A stretch of 64,000 bases of DNA from NCBI RefSeq assembly GCF_016432865.1, contig NC_067403.1, positions 255,440,001 through 255,504,000 of the forward strand. The letters are read 5' to 3'. The position numbers were made by a program, and so were the translations under genes. The DNA comes from Antechinus flavipes. Its lineage: Eukaryota. The notes below the pieces were generated by a model. It was not told the DNA's origin, made no database searches, and saw only the letters and a list, made by a program, of their open reading frames with translations. Below are positions 11,791-23,110 of the stretch, piece after piece. How positions within the stretch are numbered: the stretch's first letter is position 1; the number at the start of each line of letters is the position of its first letter.

Positions 11791-12116
11791 GAGCCGTGGC
11801 GTGCCCGCGGTGTGCCCACCTTACGTGGCACCTCGAGCCTCCCCCCAGGTGTCCCCCAACTAGTCCTGCCATTCCACTCAACTCAATAAGCATTTACTTT
11901 ACAACAAGCATCTAGTTTGTGCCAAGCCCTGGAGGGGGTGGGGTAAGGGCCCTCAAGGAGTCTGCCTTCTACCCCCCAGAAAGGGCCGTTGGTAGGAGCT
12001 GGTACAAAGCACTGCAAGTAAGAAGGGGGAATGGAGGCCTGGAAATTGGAGCTGAGCCTTGGGGGGAAACTGAGGAGTTCAAAGAGGCTGGAGGGAGGAG
12101 GGGATAGAGAGAAGGG

Positions 12117-12467
12117 NNNNNNNNNNNNNNNNNNNNNNNNNNNNNNNNNNNNNNNNNNNNNNNNNNNNNNNNNNNNNNNNNNNNNNNNNNNNNNNNNNNN
12201 NNNNNNNNNNNNNNNNNNNNNNNNNNNNNNNNNNNNNNNNNNNNNNNNNNNNNNNNNNNNNNNNNNNNNNNNNNNNNNNNNNNNNNNNNNNNNNNNNNNN
12301 NNNNNNNNNNNNNNNNNNNNNNNNNNNNNNNNNNNNNNNNNNNNNNNNNNNNNNNNNNNNNNNNNNNNNNNNNNNNNNNNNNNNNNNNNNNNNNNNNNNN
12401 NNNNNNNNNNNNNNNNNNNNNNNNNNNNNNNNNNNNNNNNNNNNNNNNNNNNNNNNNNNNNNNNNNN
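12117..12467. other. Assembly gap (351 N)
   Basis: Run of N characters. Confidence 1.
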
Positions 12468-12720
12468 GCCCAGCAGAGATGCTCCCATTTGGCCCTGGAG
12501 GCCTGAGGAAGCCCCGGGGCATCCCCATTCTCCTGTTTCCCTGCCTGCCAGTCTCTCCAGAGCCTGGGACCCAGAGCTCCTCTTCCCTGACTCTCCCCCA
12601 GTACCCGACGGGCTCCCGCCCCGGTAGCCGGATGAGGGGGGTCCTGGGGCTGGCTTGGCTGGACTTCCTGGGCCGTCCTCCTCCCCCACACCAGGCCCTG
12701 GCAGCTCATCCACGTGGGTA

Positions 12721-12813
12721 TTGAGGCGAACATACCTGTGACCTATGGAATTGGCAGCCAGAAGGGAGACTGAGGACTGGCTGTCAATTCATAGGTCAGA
12801 GCCCTGCGCACTC
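12721..12813 (-). ncRNA. MIR192: pre-miR-192 hairpin (mature 5p 12779-12799, CUGACCUAUGAAUUGACAGCC)
   Basis: Exact canonical mature sequence on the minus strand. The 3p arm CUGCCAAUUCCAUAGGUCACAG and the flank GUAUGUUCGCCUCAAU match the mammalian precursor. Confidence 0.97.
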
Positions 12814-12892
12814 TGAGGGGGAGGGGTGCAGCCCGCCCTTCGCCGGTCTCGGGGTGGGCCCCGCAGCCTCTTCTTTCTGCGGCGATCTGGGC

Positions 12893-12970
12893 TGCCCACC
12901 CAAGGTAACAGCGCCCCCACTGGAAGAAGGAAGCCGTCCCACATGGAGTTGCTGTTACAGGGGGTGGGCG
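12893..12970 (-). ncRNA. MIR194-2: pre-miR-194-2 hairpin (mature 5p 12938-12959, UGUAACAGCAACUCCAUGUGGG)
   Basis: 21 of 22 nt match canonical miR-194-5p. The 3p arm CCAGUGGGGGCGCUGUUACC pairs back. It lies just 5' of miR-192, as in the known cluster. Confidence 0.95.
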
Positions 12971-14954
12971 CCACGGCGGCTCCCCTCCTGCCGTCTTCCT
13001 CGGGTGGCGCCCGTGCCCGGCCTCCTGCGGGCCTCGGGGTCATAGTCTCTTTATTGGCTCCTTATCACCTGGCGCCCACTCGGCGTGCCCTCGCCCTGCC
13101 AACGCTCCTTACCCCGGGCGAAGTCCGTGCCCAGCCCCTGCCAGCCTCAATAAACTGGGGAGCGGCTCTGATTTACAGCCCGGGCCCCCTCCCTCCCTCG
13201 GCCTTCTTTGTCCTTTCGGTTTCCTGTTCCCAACCGTTGCCGGGGCCCCAGCGCCCTGGGCCTTCCCAACGGAAGGCCCCCCACCCCCCTCCCCAGGCCA
13301 CCCCACCCCTGCAAGGATTGCAGGCTCTGCTCGCCTCCTCAGGCCTGGGGTCACAGGAGACTGTCTCCTGAAAGATTTGGGGGTGATGGGCACAAAGGGA
13401 GGGACAAGCAGAGTCAACGGGGGCAGAGGGGCCGTCGCCAGGGAATGAGTTCCCCTGGCACAGCGGACCGGGGACTGGCTCCGGAGCGCCAGATTCTGGA
13501 CCCCGGGCACCCCCCCTGCATGGCCTCGGTTTCCCCCTCTGTAAAAGGAGCCGTTGAACCCCAAGTCCCTCTCAGCACAAGGAGCACGGCATTGGCCCCC
13601 TCACGGAGGAGGAAGCTGAGCCAGGTGATGGGCCCGCGGGACCTCGGACTTGGGACAGAGATGGAGGAAAGGGGACTTGCCTTTTGTTCCCAGAGGCACC
13701 CGCTGGCCGGGGCGCTGCCCAAATGGCATCAGACGCTAACGATCCCTTAATTTTGTCAAGGCCTTCCCAGCCAAGAGCCCATTTGGGCCTCCTGGGGGTG
13801 AGGGGGGCTTGCCTGCACCCACGGAGCTGGCCCGTAGCCCCAGGGGCCGAGTCAGGGCTCCAGAACCCTCCCAGAGGGGCCTCTCCCTCTTGTGCCAGGA
13901 CATGCAGGGCAGGCCCAGGGAGCTCCAAGGATACGGGTTCAAATTCTGACTCCCCCTTAGTACCTGTGGGAGCTGGGGCCTGTCCTCTCGCCTCCCTGGG
14001 CCTTTGGTTTCCTTTTCTGTAAAAGCCGGACTGGCTTCTCCTGGCTCTAGGAGGCTGGGCTCATCCTGGGGGAGTCTACTCTAGCCTAAGCAAACTCGGA
14101 CCTTGGGCCAGAGCCACGAGGAAGTGCTCCCCGAACGCTTGCTGCCCGACCGTCCCTGGGCTCTGGGCAGGGTGTGGGCGCAGAGGCTGCCCCCTAATCT
14201 CAGGCTCATTAAAGCTCCTCCACCCCTTGGGAGTTGGAGGTGGCCCAGAAAAGGGAAGTGATGGCAAAGCCGGCCCAGGATTCTGGGCTCCCAGGCCAGG
14301 AACGCCCGGGGGGGTGGATTCCCTCTGTCCCAGGACTTCCTGGCCCAGCTCACTTACCTTGGCAGGTATGATCTTGGACAAGTCATTTTCTCTCTATAAT
14401 ATAAAACAAAAGTTTTGGACTAAGAAAGTAGTAGGAAAACAGGGAAGGGGGTGAGGGGAAAGGGGGACATCACTGGGGGCCCTGTGACCCCTCCCTCGCT
14501 GCAAGCAGGCCCTTTATTCTGGCCAGAGGGGGGCCCGTCTCAGATCCTGGTCACAGCCTTCGGCCTCCGGCCCAGGAACGGCTGCTCTCGAGCCCTGCTC
14601 CGTTCTGGGCCGTCTCGGTGTCGGCCTGCACCCCCTTCTCAGACCCCCCCGCAGTGGAAGGCTGCCGGCAGCCCTCCTGGCAGCTGTGGTCACTGAGGCA
14701 GGAGGACCCAGAGCCGCAGCTGGCTGAGCTGGAGGGAGACTCCCTAGGGTCCCCCCCTCCTGTAGAGGGGCAAATGGAGGCCTTCGGAGGGGCGGCATTT
14801 TGTCCAAGGTCACCGGGGGACTTGGCAGAGCTCTGCCCTTGGAGCTGGCCCGGCCCCCCAGGCTGGCTGGATGCTGAGCGTTGGGAAGGGCAGGAAGCTG
14901 GGGGGGACCCTGACCCAGAAGGGAAGGGACGGAGGCGGGCGCGGGGCGGCTTAC

Positions 14955-15170
14955 CTTGCGGGTCCCTCCGTGGGGTCCGTGCCCGCGGCCTGCCGGGGGC
15001 TGTGCTCCTCGTGGGGCTCGCAGGGAGCCCGAGGAGGAAGTGAGCCCGAAGAGAGGACCTGCTGCCTTTTGAATGCCCGGCCAAGCCCAATGCCCCTGGG
15101 GGGTTAATGATTAGCTTGCCTGTCAATATGGGATCACAAGTGTGGTTCGAAGGGCGACCTTCGAACTTGC
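14955..15170 (-). promoter_or_regulatory. Putative promoter and first exon of the pri-miR-194-2/192 host transcript
   Basis: HNF1 near-consensus GTTAATGATTAGC at 15103-15115, DR1-like AGTTCGAAGGTCG on the minus strand at 15155-15167, and a strong donor CAAG|GTAAGC at 14955/14954, about 2 kb upstream of miR-194-2. Confidence 0.7.
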
Positions 15171-15344
15171 ACTGTGCCCAGGGTGGGGGTGGGGTGGGGT
15201 GGGGGCTCCAGGAACCCAAGCATCCTGGCCTGGCCCAGGCTAGCCTCCCAGACCGGGGTCCCCCCAGTGCTCGCACCCTTCCAGAACAAGGGAGTGTTTG
15301 GGGGGGAAGGGAAAGGTGTGACAGGGCGGGCGGCTGAGGCAGGA

Positions 15345-15450
15345 TGGTACAATGGCTCGGAGGCCAGGAGTCTCAAGTTCAAGTCTGGATCTTCTGAGAC
15401 CCCAAAAGTAAATCTTAATCTCTCTGGGCCTTAGTTTCCCCATCTGCAAA
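15345..15450 (+). mobile_element. MIR-family SINE fragment
   Basis: CTCAAGTTCAAGTCTGG...CTCTCTGGGCCTTAGTTTCCCCATCTGCAAA. Confidence 0.6.
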
Positions 15451-18052
15451 GACTAAACCTGGAGCATTGTGGGAAAGCCAGCTAATCTTATCTTCTACTC
15501 AGCATCCTGTTCTGTCAAGGAGTCTTTGGCTGGGACAAAGGTTGGTCCTAGGTGGCCTTTACCCACCCCTCCCTCCCTTGGGGCCTGGAAAATGGGGGCA
15601 ATCCCTCAAGGACAGTGACTCCTTTGCCAAATCTGAGCCCCGGCCCCCTGGGCCTCCGCCCTTGGCTCTGGGGGTGCGAGGGCCGGGCTCCTGGGCAGTG
15701 CCCAAGGGGGCAGCATGGCGCCATCAGCCAAGTGAGCGACGTGGTACCCTGTGCCAGGCGCTGGACGCGCCACGTTGCTGTGTCCACCTGCCCGAGAGCC
15801 TCGATTTCTCGGGGCCCACCACGCCTCCCGTGGCTCAGCCCCCGGTGGGTACAGTCTCCCCTTAGAGAACATGAGCTCGCCACGGGCCCGGCTTCACTTC
15901 CTCCTGCATCCCTGGGCCTGCCCCTTGGTGCTGGCAAGTGGGCCTCCCTTCCCCTCTGAATGGGGACCCCCTCAGGGAGTTCCCGCGAGATCCCCCACGT
16001 GCCCCGTGGCTGTCGAGGGCTTTCCAAACACAGCAGCCTCATCTCTTGGCCAGGGACGTCCTGCTTTGTTCCGTGGAGATGGGGGAGGGTGGCAGGGCAG
16101 TCCCTTCTGGGCTCTGGGGATTTGGGGGCCTTGGGGCCCTCAGCAGCACCGTAGCAGTCCCGGGAAGGGAGCCCTGCTTACGCCTTATGGGAAGGACTGG
16201 CCATAACCCGGGTGGCCTTGGCGGGCGCAGAGCCTCCCTTGGAGGGCTGGGGGAGCACCCCTACAGGTTGAATTTGGGGTGTTCACCTCCAATGTTTGCA
16301 CTTCTCTGGTGCGGGGTTCGATTTTCTTTCTGGGCGTCCATGGCCCAGGACACCTCGGCCTGAGGAGGCCTCCCGGGGCTCACGGGAGCGAACGGGAGAA
16401 AGGGCCGCTGCCGCTTGATGAGGACTCGGGATTGTCCCCACGATGTTCCTCAGCGTGACCGGGCGCTCCCGACCACCTCCCTCCGTGTCCCGGCCCCCAG
16501 AAGCTGCCTTGCTGATGGATTTCCTCCCACTGCCGTCTCGCCCAAGCACTTGGCCCTTCAAGCTGTTATGGAGAACCTTGGGAAGGCCCGGATGGGGCAG
16601 AACTTGGGTCTAGAAGCCGGCCAGCCCCCCGGGCATCCCGTCAGGAAGCTGGCTGCCTCAAAGTGGGGCTCCTAGGTGAGGTGGGGGGCCGGCAGTTTGC
16701 ATCCTCGCTTGGCAGAGCCCCATTGCTCTGTCAGCCTGGCCAAGTACCGGGGGAGAGGCCCCGGGTGACCAGCTAGGGCTGGACACAACAGCAAACTTGG
16801 AGAATATGGGGGGGGGGGGGAGCTACGGCTGCTTTCTACTCCCCCACCCCCTGTGGAGTGGGGGGGCTCCTGGGCTGAATCTTGGGGGAAGTAGCAGTGG
16901 CAAAGTCCAGGAAAGCTGGATCGGGCGCCCCGAGCTTCACCTTGCCCTCTCTGCCCCACCCCACCCCAGAGGCTCAGGGCAATGTCCCTACGTGCTCCCG
17001 AGCCCCCACCCTCTTCCCTGCCTTCACCACTACCTGGAGACCTTCAGCCTTCCTGCCACATCCCCAAGGAGGGGAGAGGGCAGCCCCGCCCTGGGAGTAG
17101 AAGAGTCAAGGGCGGCGATGGACAGAAGGTCCGAGGTGGGGGCAGGGGACCCCGGGGATCCAGGGATGCGCTGGCTGGAGCCCCAGCCCCCCGCCTCCGT
17201 CATCCCCAATCTGGGGCCATTTGCTCGGCTGGGACCGAGTGGGCCGGTCTAGATGGCTTCAAGCCAATGTCCTTTCTAGTCCAGTGCGAGAGGGAGCGCG
17301 GCTGGACCCGCAACTGGGTTCAAATCCACCTGACCCAGGAGCCCCTTTTAAACGTTTTTGCCTTAAACAAGGTTCCTGCTACAGCAACTACGAGATCTGT
17401 GCGTGAGCTCGGGCAAGTCCCTGGGGCCTCAGTTTCCTCATGTCAAGGGGTGGGGGAGGGATTGGCCTTGAAGGCCCCTTCCAGTCCTAATCCTGACCCT
17501 GTGACCTTCCCTTGAGGTGGGGAGCTGCGGGTCACTCCCTCACAGCCCAGCCCAGTACAGTAGGGAGCCCGGGCCTTCATCTGGGGATGGCCCCGGCGGG
17601 GAACAAGTCTTCCCAGAGCCGATCTGCAACTTGGGCTTCTGCAAAGCTCCTCGTGGCGTCTCTGGGCTCCGCGGACCCCGGAGGGCAGCCAGCACGTTGC
17701 CCCTCGGGACCCTGCCCTGGCCATGAGTGAGCTCCCTCCGATGGGGTCCAGGAGTGCCCTGGGAAGCCGGGTGACCCCATGGTGCTCCCCAGCCCAGCAT
17801 CCTTGGGATCGGCGCCCACCCCCTTCCAAGCCCTGGACACTAAGCTGGGGAAGCCCCCTGGCGCCCTCTGGTGGTGCGAGGGCAGAAGGGCGGAGGCGGC
17901 TTCCTGGATCGGGGCCATGGCCACTAAGTCAGGTGTGGCCAGCAGGGGGCAGGGGCAGGAGGACAAAGGGCTTCGCATGAGCACGGAAGGCAGCGGCAAG
18001 AACTCCCGGGCTGGGGAACAAAGAGGATGGGGGATGGCGGCTATGGGCACAA

Positions 18053-18058
18053 TTTATT
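18053..18058 (-). terminator. ATG2A: Likely ATG2A polyadenylation signal (AATAAA)
   Basis: TTTATT on the + strand, ~420 nt past the ATG2A stop codon. Confidence 0.6.
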
Positions 18059-18473
18059 CCACATCATGCAGAAGCCGCGACCCCCACTCCCGAGGGCTTA
18101 GAAAGTGATACACGGAACCACATGTGTGTCCCAGGGCCTGGCCCTCCCCCCGTCGGAACACGGAACTTGGCTAGGAGGGGGCCCCAGGGGTGAGAAGTCT
18201 GTGCGTCCTGGGGCTAGGCAGCAGCAGCAGGGGCTCGGGCCCAGGACGGTCCCCCAGCCCCTTCCTCCTCCTCGCGGCAGAAGGACTCCTCAGCCCAGGC
18301 CCTAAGGATGGGGACGGGGGATTGGCAGGGGGACTCGGAGTCAGTTTCGAGGCGGGGCGTCTTCCTGCGCCACCCTGGTAGCCACACGGCCAAGAACCCC
18401 CACTGGTCAGAGAGCCGAGGCCCACGGGCTCGCAGGATGCAATCGTCCCCGCAGCTGGACCCCATCGTCCCCC

Positions 18474-21400
18474 TCAGTCTTGCGGCTCCTCTGACCGCCA
18501 CTTGAGCGCGTGGTCCTTGTGGGCGTCAGGCAGGATCTGGTTGCGCATCCCTCCCAGCAAGTTGGACGTGGCTTCGGTGGCCAAGATGAGCGGCTTCACC
18601 ACCGTGGGGGGCAGCTGGCGGATCACCCCCCCGACGGCCCCCGTCAGCCCCTTCTGCTCGTGACCCCGAGAAGCAACATCACAGATGGTCTGGGCTGTGT
18701 CCAGGATGCCCTGGGAGGCGAGAGGAGGGAACGGGATAAAGCAACAATGAACAACAAAACAGGATTGTGGGGGGGGGAACACCAGGAGAGGGGGGAGGCT
18801 AGCTGGGGGGGTACCTCTCGCACGGTGTCGTAGGCCTTGGCCACACCTTCCCGAAGGTCGGCCGGCTGCTGTCCCTTGCGGAGTTTCCGGGCCGAGCGTT
18901 TGTCCTGAAGCGAGCGGGAGACCGGGGCGGCCGGGGACAGGATGTCATAAACTGTCTCGGCAGTCGCCTGGAAGGAGGAAGGCAAGGTAGAGGCCAAGCC
19001 CCCCGCACCCTCATCCTGCCCTGTCCCACTTCTGGTCAGTGGCGTCCAGCCCCTCCCTCTGCTGGGCACCCATGGCATCTGCCACCCCCACACATCCTTT
19101 ACACCATCTCTACATAAGGGCTCTTACAGGTGCTCCGCTTGGCCCTAGAGGGCCCACCTTGCCTTGGTGGGAGCTTACAGGGTGACCACCCCTTGACAAA
19201 ATCTCAAGCTGGAACTCCCAGGGCCGTCGAGTCCCACCCCGATGACATCAGCAGCTCCCGAGAACGAGCTGCTCTGTGAGGAAGAGAGCTCCCTGGGCCA
19301 GGCCCCTCCGCCCAATCTGGTCACCTGGATTGCCTGCACGAGCCGGTTACTGAGCTCCAGAGCAGCTGAAGCTGTGGAAGACCCGAAGGAGGCAGCCCCC
19401 CGCTGCAGCCCCCGCATGAGGCGTCCATCCCTCCGGTACTGCTCGATAGGAAGCCACAGCAAGTCTCTAAGGCCATGAACTAGAGCGAGAGAAGCAGGGT
19501 CAGGGCGCCCTCTCTCACCCCCGGCTTTTTCTACCCAACACGTTCTTCCCAGGAGGCCGAGAGTGGCCCACCCCCTTTCACCCTCTCGGGGGGCAGCCTT
19601 GCCATGAAGGTTTTTTCGGCCATCCCCACAAAAATGGTCACTTTAAAGCCCCTCCAACGTGGCCTGTCCGTGGATAAGCGGCACTCACAGAGCTGGACCA
19701 CTGAGTGCATGGGGCCCACGCCTCCCAGAAGCCCTGGCAGCTGGTTCTTCCGGATATCCTGTAGCCATTCATTGAGGGCATAGCCCAGCACCTTGTCAAC
19801 CCCCAAGAGCCTGTCCACAGAACACAGGGAAAAGGGGAAAGTTGAGTGGCTTCCTTCCAGAGTCACAAGGCCATCCTCACATGGAAGGCTCATGCTATAG
19901 TATCAGGATAGAGGGAGACGGATGCCCAGTTTTCAGCCTCAGACAGGGGCTTCCTGGGGGTGGAGGTGGGGAGAGAACATCACAGAGATTGGGGGTCTCA
20001 AGGAGCGGGGGTGGGGCTGCTGGGAAGGCTCACCCATGCCGACAGCAGAGACGTTTTAGCTTGAGCTCCGAACAATTTAGCTGGGCCAGGCCAATGAGGA
20101 TCCCAGCGAAGGTGCCCTGGGAGGGAGAGGTGGGCAGGTCGTTGCAGAGCCCGGGACTGGGGGGACTCAGGAGACCCCCAGACCCAGAGGGACACCTAGG
20201 CATCAGACACCAGGACTCAGGACCACTGCCTTCTATCCCTGCCACATCCCGGCCCCCTCCCCAGCCCGTGGAGATGATGCAACTCATGGCTCAGCACAGA
20301 GTCAACAAGATGGGGCTTGCTCACAGAGGAACCATGCACCATCCACCCCTCATTGTGGAGAACTGGGACCAGGCCACACAGCTACTCAATCGTGACCGGA
20401 CCAAGCACTTCGGGTCACCCTACATGCATCCATACATTCACCGGCAGCGGGCCCCAGGTTCCGGCACTCACCACTTGGTCCATGGTGACGTGCTTGCCGT
20501 GATAATCCAACCAAATCGGGACCTCGGAGGTAAATCGGAACTCCCTACAGAGGTACAATAAGGGTGGAAGGTGTATCAGCCCTCAGAGATGCTGGACCCG
20601 GCAGGCCGGCCTCCCTCCATTTCCTGTCCCGACTATCCCAGGCCCAATCAACACCTGAAATAAATGGGCTGCTCAGTGGAGGTTGCAGATGTGGATGTGG
20701 AGCTCTGTTCACTGACGGTGGTCTCCAGAGAGCTGCTCATCTCTGCCCCCTCTGGCAGCTTGTCTTGGGTGGCACTGGTCCGGACGGGAGGATCCTGGCG
20801 AGCTGAAAAGGAGGAGAGGAACAGGATGGACCCAGGTGTGAACGGGAGGCCCACTGGATGCCAAGAAGCCTGGGCAAGAGTGAAGGGCAGTGGGAAGGTC
20901 CCTGGGGGACCTTGCTCCTTACCACCTCCCACTCTGCTCTTCGGGAATCGGGTTCTCCTTTGCCCGACTTCAGATATGGGAGCCTAAAAGGCATTACAGC
21001 TTAAAGAATGGTCAGGAAGCCACATTTCTGCCTCTGGAACCTGAGGAGCCACCTTCTAAGCGAGTATCAATCAGGAGAGACCTTGGGGGGCACAGCACAG
21101 GGTGGCCCAGACTCAACTTACTTAGCCCCACTATGCCACAGGCAAACCTCTTAGACAAAGGCATAGGTCATCTGCTACTGAGAAGTCTCAGGCTTTGTTT
21201 CCTCTCCTGTCAAAGGAAGCTAATTCTAACCTGCCTATACCATCACAAGGTTGTGTGAAGGAAAATGTCAACAGCTGCAAGCTGCACCACTGCGGGCTGT
21301 AAAGAGAAGGGAATGAGGAGGAAAGGCCTCAGTTGTGCTGCTTTTCCCTGCCTGCGGTTCCTGGGCACTGGGCGGCAAACTGTCACCACTTGGTCTGTTC

Positions 21401-23062
21401 TGGGGGTTTCCTAACTGGACACAGCCTCAGGGCCTTCCAGACCATTTCTACACAACTACCACAGTACTTATCCTCACGGGTGTACTACTAGTGCTGAAAC
21501 TGATGGATAGAATATATGTACAACTAGCACAGTGCTCGTCCTCACGGGTAGGACGTACATATAACTATCACAGTGCTTGTCCTCACGGGTAGGACGCCTG
21601 TACAACTATCACAGCGCTTGTCCTCACGGGTAGGACAAACACACAACTACCACAGTACTTATCCTCACGGGTGTACTACTAGTGCTGGAACTGATGGATA
21701 GAACATATGTACAACTATCACAGTGCTTGTCCTCACGGGTAGGACGTACATATAACTATCACAGTGCTTGTCCTCACGGGTAGGACGAACACACAACTAT
21801 CACAGTGCTTGTCCTCACGGGTAGGACGTACATACAACTATCACAGCGCTTGTCTTCACAGGTAGGACGCCTGTACAACTATCACAGCGCTTGTCCTCAC
21901 GGGTAGGACGAACACACAACTATCACAGTGCTTGTCCTCACAGGTAGGACATACATATAACTATCACAGTGCTTGTCCTCACGGGTAGGCCGTACATACA
22001 ACTATCACAGCGCTTGTCTTCACAGGTAGGACACCTGTACAACTATCACAGCGCTTGTCCTCACGGGTAGGACGCCTGTACAACTATCACAGCGCTTGTC
22101 TTCACAGGTAGGACACCTGTACAACTATCACAGCGCTTATCCTCACGGGTAGGACATACATATAACTATCACAGCGCTTGTCTTCACAGGTAGGACACCT
22201 GTACAACTATCACAGCGCTTATCCTCACGGGTAGGACATACATATAACTATCACAGTGCTTGTCCTCACGGGTAGGACGTACATACAACTATCACAGCGC
22301 TTGTCTTCACAGGTAGGACGCCTGTACAACTATCACAGCGCTTGTCCTCACGGGTAGGACGCCTGTACAACTAGCACAGCGCTTGTCCTCACGGGTAGGA
22401 CGTACATACAACTATCACAGCGCTTGTCCTCACAGGTAGGACGCCTGTACAACTAGCACAGCGCTCGTCCTCATGTTACCTGTGAGAAAGTAGAATTCCT
22501 TTAGCAGGCATTTAAAGACACATTTAGTTTTTATCCATTATTTTCCTTGCACTTTACAGTCCAGCAAATTGCCTTCTTGTTGTTCCCCACATCTACCACC
22601 CTATTTCTTGTCTCCAGGCTTTTGTACGTTCTACAACTTCACCTCCATCTCTTAGTTTCCTTCAAAGCCTAGCTAAAGTGATACCTTCGACATGAAGCCC
22701 ATCTAACCCTGCCCCATAACTCCATCTCCAGTGTAACCCTGATACAGTGCCTGGCCCCCAATAGGTTCCTGAATGAAATCCTCCCTTGCAAAGCGGATCC
22801 CTCGTTTCTGAGAATGCCCGCTAGACAAGCTGGAAAAATGAGCAGCTCCCATTCCTGGTGCCGAGAGAACTAAGCTCGGAGCAGAGAAGGCCTCATTCCG
22901 CCTCTGTTCTTTGCCCCAGCCTCTCACCTTCAGTTGCTGTGTCCATGGGAATGACAGGGTTAATGCCAGCAGCCAGACTAGTGAAGAAATCTTTCAGGAA
23001 GAACAGGGCATCCTGCAAAGTATGAGGGGGCAACCCCAGAGATTAGAGAACGGCTAAGGACC

Positions 23063-23110
<48 letters not shown>

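Noticed and set aside
1-12000. EHD1 coding exons, expected by synteny
   Set aside because: No EHD1-like peptide (MFSW.., GQYSTGKT) appears in any listed ORF. The gene probably lies left of the window.
21455-22470. CRISPR-like regular array
   Set aside because: The units are contiguous near-identical repeats without unique spacers, in a vertebrate intron. It is a VNTR.
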